Assembly (NCBI GenBank): GCA_964016885.1
Contig: OZ024742.1
Location: 335,358,001 to 335,422,000, forward strand
Direction: 5' to 3'
From: Eledone cirrhosa
Lineage: Eukaryota
DNA length: 64,000 bases
Part shown: piece after piece, positions 57,013 to 64,000 of the stretch
How positions within the stretch are numbered: position 1 is the first letter of the stretch
How the letters are laid out: each line of letters opens with the position of its first letter
Position numbers and translations under genes: made by a program
The notes under the pieces: model-generated
Told to the model about the DNA's origin: nothing
The model's input: only the letters and a program-made list of their open reading frames with translations
Database searches by the model: none

Positions 57013-57489
57013 TTCATAGAAACGATATGGTGTCTGCAACCAATGGTTTTATGATCTAACAAAGATTGCAGAATAGCAAGCTATGGTTGTTAGTTAATTC
57101 TGCAGACAAATGTTTAAATGTTTATGTAAATGACTGAACGATGTTTGTCAAAATGTCTTGTGGAAAAGGATGAGAAAAAAAAAGTTTAAAAAAAAACATG
57201 AAAGATGAGAAAGAAGACATAAGGGAAGTAACTCTGGTATGAAAGAAAAATGCAAAAAAGACGTTGAAATTTAGTCTGTCATATACATGCCTACGTATTA
57301 TCAATATATATATATATGTCACTGGACCGAGAGCTTTGGCGGTACTCAGTAATAGAGAAGACCCGCGTTACCTAAATACAAAGTAAAACCTACTACAGTC
57401 AGTAGGCATCTCTAACAAAATACACCCCCATCCACACCGCCCCTTTCAATGTAAAGTTATGTTGGTGCCACAAAATCCAGGCCGAAACA

Positions 57490-57861
57490 AATGAGATCGT
57501 GTAGGTGTCACGACAAAAAAACACACAGTCAACGCTGTAATGTGACCGTGTAGGCAACACGGTAAAAACGTCCCAGTCCCACACTGTAAATGTGGTTGGT
57601 GTTAGGAAGGGCATCCAGCTGTAGAAAACCTGCCAGACAGTCCACGCTGTAATGTGGCCGTGTAGGCAACACGGTAAAAACCTCCCAGCCCCACACTGTA
57701 AATGTGGTTGGTGTTAGGAAGGGCATCCAACTGTAGAAAACCCGCCAGACAGTCCTATGCGAGCAAGACAACCACTCTTGCCTCAAGTGGGAAAACTCCC
57801 GTCCAAACCCATGCAAGCATGGAACACGGACGTTAAACGATGATGATGATGATGATGATGA
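57490..57861 (+). mobile_element. SINE 3' part with a ~115-bp internal tandem duplication and (GAT)n tail
   Basis: GGTTGGTGTTAGGAAGGGCATCCA(G/A)CTGTAGAAAACC occurs twice; ends GGACGTTAAAC(GAT)n. Confidence 0.65.
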
Positions 57862-57940
57862 TCAATATACACGCAAACGCTCGTGTTGACAGACGTTGAA
57901 AACACATTTAGACACTCGTATGAACATTTATATGATTGTA

Positions 57941-58805
57941 CTAGCAGTAAAGCCCGGCGTTGCTCGGGGCTGCTCAGTAGCTGTGTTAAAGTTACAATGT
58001 TAAGTTCCTTTCTTGGCTTAAAAACTGTAGAGTCTGCAGTGTAGACTTTCATGTGGTACCTTTGATTAATATTGCCTCAACCAACAGTATGCTTTATGAA
58101 GTTAAGAAAACATAACCATAACCCGAATGTTAAAACAAAAGAGGATGCTGGGGATTAAAACTGCTCTGGTAATCTATTAACAAAAATAGAAAATGTAAAC
58201 ACTGCAACACTTGTCTCAGAGAAAAACATCAGCGTAACCAAACAAAATATCAGTTATTTTGAAACAAAGAAATTGGATGGACATGAAAAACCAAAAAATA
58301 AATGCGTAATCTGTCTGTCGTTTAAAATCATTCCTTCTAAATGAAAATCTCATAAGCAATGCTTTTTTTACAAAATATTTGCTTGTTTTATGGTGTATTC
58401 AAATAGGCTTGTTTTCAAGTAAAAATATTGTTTTAAAAGACTTTTTAATAGAACTGAAGCAAAATGGAAGCTTAATGTTGAAATTTCGAACTCATGAATT
58501 TTGCAGGTTAAAATTTTGCTGGCTCGAAAACTGTTCGCATATTTTTGTACTTTTGCACGCGTCGTTTATACGTAACATAAATAGATAAGCAGACGCCATA
58601 AAAGGGAAATAACTCGTCTCTCATCTTTATTTATACATTTGAACTGAAAAATCAATACATTACAAATTCGATTTTTGCACTTGGTGTGGGTCGATTTGAA
58701 AATTGTTTTGACCGATCTCTCCGCCGGACCTTCATCTATAAGTGTAGCAATTTCACCGAAATTTGAACGTACGGTTTAGGAGGAGATGTGTGCCGACCAT
58801 TTTAG

Positions 58806-58838
<33 letters not shown>

Positions 58839-58869
58839 GGACAGACAACCTCAGTTTTAGATATATAGA
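57941..58869 (-). mobile_element. Complete non-autonomous Helitron
   Basis: Minus strand A|TCTATATATCTAAAACTGAGG ... CCGAGCAACGCCGGG...CTAG|T: canonical TC/CTAG ends in an AT target with no TSD. Confidence 0.88.
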
Positions 58870-59793
58870 TTATATAAGTATAGCGAACATATCGACATAT
58901 CGGACAAATGATTAGATAAGAGCTACATTGAGTTGGGGGAAAGGTAGAGAAGGAAAGAATAAGATGGAGGATGTAAAGGTAATATGGTCGTAGTCAATGA
59001 GTTAATGTTAATATAATACTGTTATATCCATCAGTAATTTATTTATCCTTATTCTTCGACAAGATGGCGGTGTCGCTAGAGCCACGAATTAAATACCTCG
59101 ATATATATTCCGGCTCTCTGTGTCATGAGTTTAAATCGGACAGAGGTCAAATTTGCATTTCATTCTTTTGTGGTTGATAAAGTACCAGTCAAGGAGTAGG
59201 ATGGTTGGATCGGCCTGATTATTATAGCGTTGGATGTGATGTTTTGTAGTATTTGATTCAGTTATGTGTGTTCTCAGTTCAAACCCCGCTCCCTTCTGTC
59301 AGGAGCTGCAATCGGAAAACCAAATGGAAGCAATGTTTTATAGAATTATTTGTAGAATTAGCTATTTTATTTGACTGAGTAAGATGTTTCCTTTGTCCGA
59401 TCAGACGGTCGTCTTCTTTCCCTTCGTAAATTATTCTGCTTTATCTAACACTGCTTGTGTGATACTGGTGGTCTCTTCTGGTCTTTTATTTCCCATATAT
59501 ACTTTAAAAGAGCTGTGATATTGTCAACACGGAAGTGACAAAATTAGTTGTAATGATGCAACTTTTGAAAGAGTGCTCCATAAGGCCCAGCGTAGCCTGT
59601 TGATATGTTGCTAGTGGAGACATTAGAAAGATAGACGACAATGTTTTTCAAAGTTCTATATTTCGACAATTGCATATCGACTCCCTTTACCCTGCATTTC
59701 TTTGATATGGTTTCACGTCTCAGCTCTTATAAGAGCTATTATAAAAGGAGATGAAGCCCAGCTTAAAATGACTGAAACCATTTAAAGACTAAA

Positions 59794-59893
<100 letters not shown>

Positions 59894-60147
59894 CGCGTGT
59901 GTGTGTGTGTGTGTGTGTGAGTGTGTGTGTGTGTGTGTGGATGCAGCATGACCTAATGATTAAGAAGTTCGCTTCACGGTCCTTATGTTCCAGGTTCGAT
60001 CCCACTGCGTGGCATCATGGGTAAATGTCATTGCAGCGACTGTACCAGTCACTCAAGCGGCCATCAACGTTGTGGAATACTCAGCCATTTGCAAATGAAA
60101 TTCAGGAGCAGGCTGAGACACACATTGTTGAAACTGACCAAGGATCG

Positions 60148-60189
<42 letters not shown>

Positions 60190-60194
<5 letters not shown>

Positions 60195-60390
60195 AAAAGA
60201 GTCAGAACCCCGGCGGATGAGCTCCGGCCGTTTCGACAGCTGGATCCGAACTGTTCGGATCTAGCTGTAGAAATGGCCGGAGCTCAGCCGTCGGGGTCCT
60301 GACTCTTTTCCTATTATCCACTCTACTACCATAAATATCGAGTACTCTGGTGCGTTATGGTCCACCTGGTTTCTTACCACACTTTCTTTG

Positions 60391-60463
<73 letters not shown>

Positions 60464-60650
60464 AACAAGTAAGACCCCGACAGCAGAGCTCAAGCCGTTT
60501 CGACAGCTAATTCTGGACTCAATTAGCCGTCAAAACGGCTTGAGCTCTGTCGTCGGGATCTTACTTGTTCCTATTACCCACTCTATTACCCTAAGTATTG
60601 AGTACTTTGGTGCGTTATGGTCCATCTGGTTCCTTATCACATTTCCTTCG

Positions 60651-60652
<2 letters not shown>
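60190..60652 (+). mobile_element. Half-HHR fold-back elements, copies C (60190-60392) and D (60460-60652)
   Basis: Short arm, apex, long arm and 80-bp tail; each copy lies between (TA)n tracts. Confidence 0.88.
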
Positions 60653-60719
<67 letters not shown>

Positions 60720-61067
60720 TGTGGGGTGGTATGTATGTATATAGCGACATAGAGACAGAGATAGGATAAACAGAGAGAGAGAGAGAGATTGGTAGATAGG
60801 TAGTAATAGTATATATATGATTGTACAAGTATAATTTTATATATAAATATATGCACGTATGTATGTGTGTAAGTATGTGTGTGTGTATATATGCATGCAT
60901 GTATGTATAGATGTGTGTGTGTGTTTATATATGTATGTAGTCATACGATATCTGATGAAAACGTATCTACACATGCGATAATCAATACTAATTAACGCTA
61001 AACAACATCATTAAATACGCAAGACTTTGGTCCCCAGCCAACTAATTTACACAAACACACACACATG

Positions 61068-61108
<41 letters not shown>

Positions 61109-61119
61109 ATGTATCTATA

Positions 61120-61184
<65 letters not shown>

Positions 61185-61207
61185 ATGTATGTATGTATGT
61201 ATGTATG

Positions 61208-61268
<61 letters not shown>

Positions 61269-61719
61269 ACATAATATAAACATATAAACATATACATACA
61301 GTCACACATACAGTATCATATGGTGTGTGTGTATATATATATACAGTAACATATAATATAAGCATATAAATATATATACACAGTCATATAAACATATATA
61401 TACAGTAACACACATATACAGTGTCGTATGGTAAAATGACTATTCGGAAGCACAACTATATGACACACATATATATATATATACAGTTGATACAGCTGAA
61501 TGGAGTATAGCTATAATCCAAATGGCTGTTCCTTTGTCAAACACTGTATCATGTTGAATCTCGTTGAATCTCGCTTGGAATTACGTCAAAAGTACACGTT
61601 TCCGTGGTATAGGGACCCTTTTCTACTATAATACAACATTGACTGTGCCTATAATTGAATTGGCCACTCTTCTTATAGACTATGTCACGCTGACTCTCCC
61701 TTAGAAATGTGTGTGTGAC

Positions 61720-61958
61720 AGCTCACACCTCTGCAGGTTTAGCTGGCCTCCTCCAAGGTATATCTCGTTGGAGGTGTCTTGGTGTAATTTAATGATAGGG
61801 ACCCCAGTCCTATCATCTCATTTCTACAGCTGAGTAAACTGGAGCAACGTGAAATAAACTGTCTTGTTCAAGGAAACAACACATCACCCGGTCCGAGACT
61901 TGAACTCACAACCTTTCGATTGCAAGCCAAATGCTCTAACCACTAAGCCGTGCGCCTT
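61720..61958 (-). mobile_element. Second tRNA-derived SINE family (Nin/Deu-like core)
   Basis: Minus strand GGCGCACGGCTTAGTGGTTAGAGC...GAGTTCAAGTCTC...CTCCAGTTTACTCAGCTGTAGAAATGAG. Related heads and tails at ~12835, 35660, 59940, 5140, 6060 and 38775. Confidence 0.7.
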
Positions 61959-62139
61959 ACATTAAATATACTCGTGTTTGAGGAATGCTCAGTCATTTAC
62001 TCGATAATTTTACAAGCCGTCAGTTCCGTTGATCGAACGACTTGCGCCCTCATTGTCGAAACTGACACTGGTTCATTTCATTCTAATTCCTCTTCAGAGC
62101 CAAGATACATTTAAACCCTGATCAGTTGCTGATTTTCTC

Positions 62140-62502
62140 TCAGGTTCAAATATGGCTTGCGGTGGGATACTGCTCCTCTCTGAGGCTCATGTATGGCTCG
62201 CAGTGGAGTACATTTCCCGTTTAAGACTCATGTATGGTCCGTAGTGGATTTGTTCTCTCTAAAGCTCAACTATGATCTATAGTGGAGTATTTCTCAGCTT
62301 CGAGTCTCAAGTATGATCTGTAGTTCTCTTCTCTAAGGCTCAAGTGTGATCTGTAGTGAAGTATTTCTCCTCTCTGAAACTCAAGTATGACTTGTAGTGG
62401 AGTATGACCCACAATGGAGTACTGCTTCTCCCTAAAACTCAAGTATGACCCATAATAGAATACTGCTCCTTTCTAGGGGTTGTGTATGACCCGCAGTGGA
62501 GT
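62140..62502. repeat. Degenerate ~40-bp tandem repeat (CTCAAGTATGA...GTAGTGGAGTA)
   Basis: About nine diverged units visible. Confidence 0.8.
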
Positions 62503-62718
62503 AATGTTTGCATAATGGTGGTGATGCTGTGGTTGATGTTGCTGCTGTTCCTGCTGCTGCTGGTGATGATGATGATGGTGATGATGTTAATGATGATGAC
62601 GATAATGATGATGATGGTGATGATGGTGGTGATGATGATGATGATAATGAGGGTGATGTTGATGAGGAGGATGATGGTGATGATGTTGATGGATGATGAC
62701 GATGATGATGATGATGGC

Positions 62719-62765
<47 letters not shown>

Positions 62766-62994
62766 GGAGGAGGAGGAGGAGGAGGAGGAGGAGGAGGATG
62801 TCGACGATGATGATGATCATTATCATGATCATTATAATGATAATGATCATGATTATGTTGATGTTGATGATGATGATGATGATGATGATGATATTGATGA
62901 ATTGTGAAACCACGTGGTGTTTGATTCACTATCGTTAGGTCGTGAGTTCGATTCCCTGCACCTTTACAACACACATATAACAACATGGTAGCCC

Positions 62995-64000
62995 ACACAC
63001 ACATAACAAAATAGACACATACATACAGCAAAACATACACACACACATAACAAAACAGACACATACACACAACAGACCAGACACACATACACAACAAACC
63101 AGACACACACAGATAACAAAACATACACATATACATAACAAAACATACACACATACATAACAAAACATACACACACACAGATAACAAAACATACACACAT
63201 ACATAACAAAACATACACACACACAAATAACAAAACATACACACATACATAACAAAACAGACACACACACAGATAACAACACATACACACATACATAACA
63301 AAATATACACACACACACACAGATAACAAAACATACACACATACATAACAAAACACACACACACACACAGATAACAAAACATACACACATACATAACAAA
63401 ACATACACACACACAGATAACAAAACATACACACATACATAACAAAACAGACACACACACAGATAACAAAACATACACACATACATAACAAAACATACAC
63501 ACACACAAATAACAAAACATACACACATACATAACAAAACAGACACACACACAGATAACAAAACATACACACATACATAACAAAACACACACACACACAC
63601 AGATAACAAAACATACACACATACATAACAAAACATACACACACACAGATAACAAAACATACACACATACATAACAAAACAGACACACACACAGATAACA
63701 AAACATACACACATACATAACAAAACATACACACACACAAATAACAAAACATACACACATACATAACAAAACAGACACACACACAGATAACAAAACATAC
63801 ACACATACATAACAAAATATACACACACACAGATAACAAAACATACACACATACATAACAAAACACACACACACACACACAGATAACAAAACATACAAAC
63901 ATACATAACAAAACATACACACACACACACACAGATAACAAAACATATACACATACATAACAAAACATACACACACACATATAACAAAACATACACACAT
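62995..64000. repeat. Minisatellite of alternating ~22/24-bp ATAACAAAACA(TA/GA)CACAC units
   Basis: Direct inspection; runs off the window end. Confidence 0.95.

Noticed and set aside
62140-62502. Regularly spaced ~40-bp repeats, superficially CRISPR-like
   Set aside because: The whole unit is degenerate with no unique spacers, there are no cas genes, and the context is eukaryotic.
62432-64000. Long Cys/Val/Tyr-rich ORFs in three frames and a poly-Asp/Glu ORF
   Set aside because: Derived from a minisatellite and (GAT)n/(GAG)n tracts.

Overview
Eukaryotic, non-coding, extremely microsatellite- and transposon-rich DNA. It is probably from an octopod cephalopod (an inference from the SINE types and the (TA)n/(CA)n load). 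I find no host protein-coding gene, and most of the supplied ORFs are translations of simple repeats. Recognisable coding remnants: two Tx1/L1-clade LINE 3' ends in (TATC)n tracts, an R4/Dong-type RLE LINE, several RTE fragments, a Helitron PIF1 helicase fragment plus non-autonomous Helitrons, and three Penelope-like element (PLE) remnants (RT and/or GIY-YIG). There are also about 20 copies of one tRNA-derived SINE. The most interesting signal lies inside the (TA)n tracts: a set of non-coding PLE-type elements carrying about 15 readable type I hammerhead ribozyme (HHR) motifs. They include a retrozyme-like 486-nt HHR-to-HHR repeat, many fold-back insertions whose inverted arm stops at a fixed point, a tRNA-cored fold-back family, and a shared YACTC...GAGTRCT 3' stem-loop in otherwise unrelated families. 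All alignments and folds were done by eye, and boundaries may be off by several bases.
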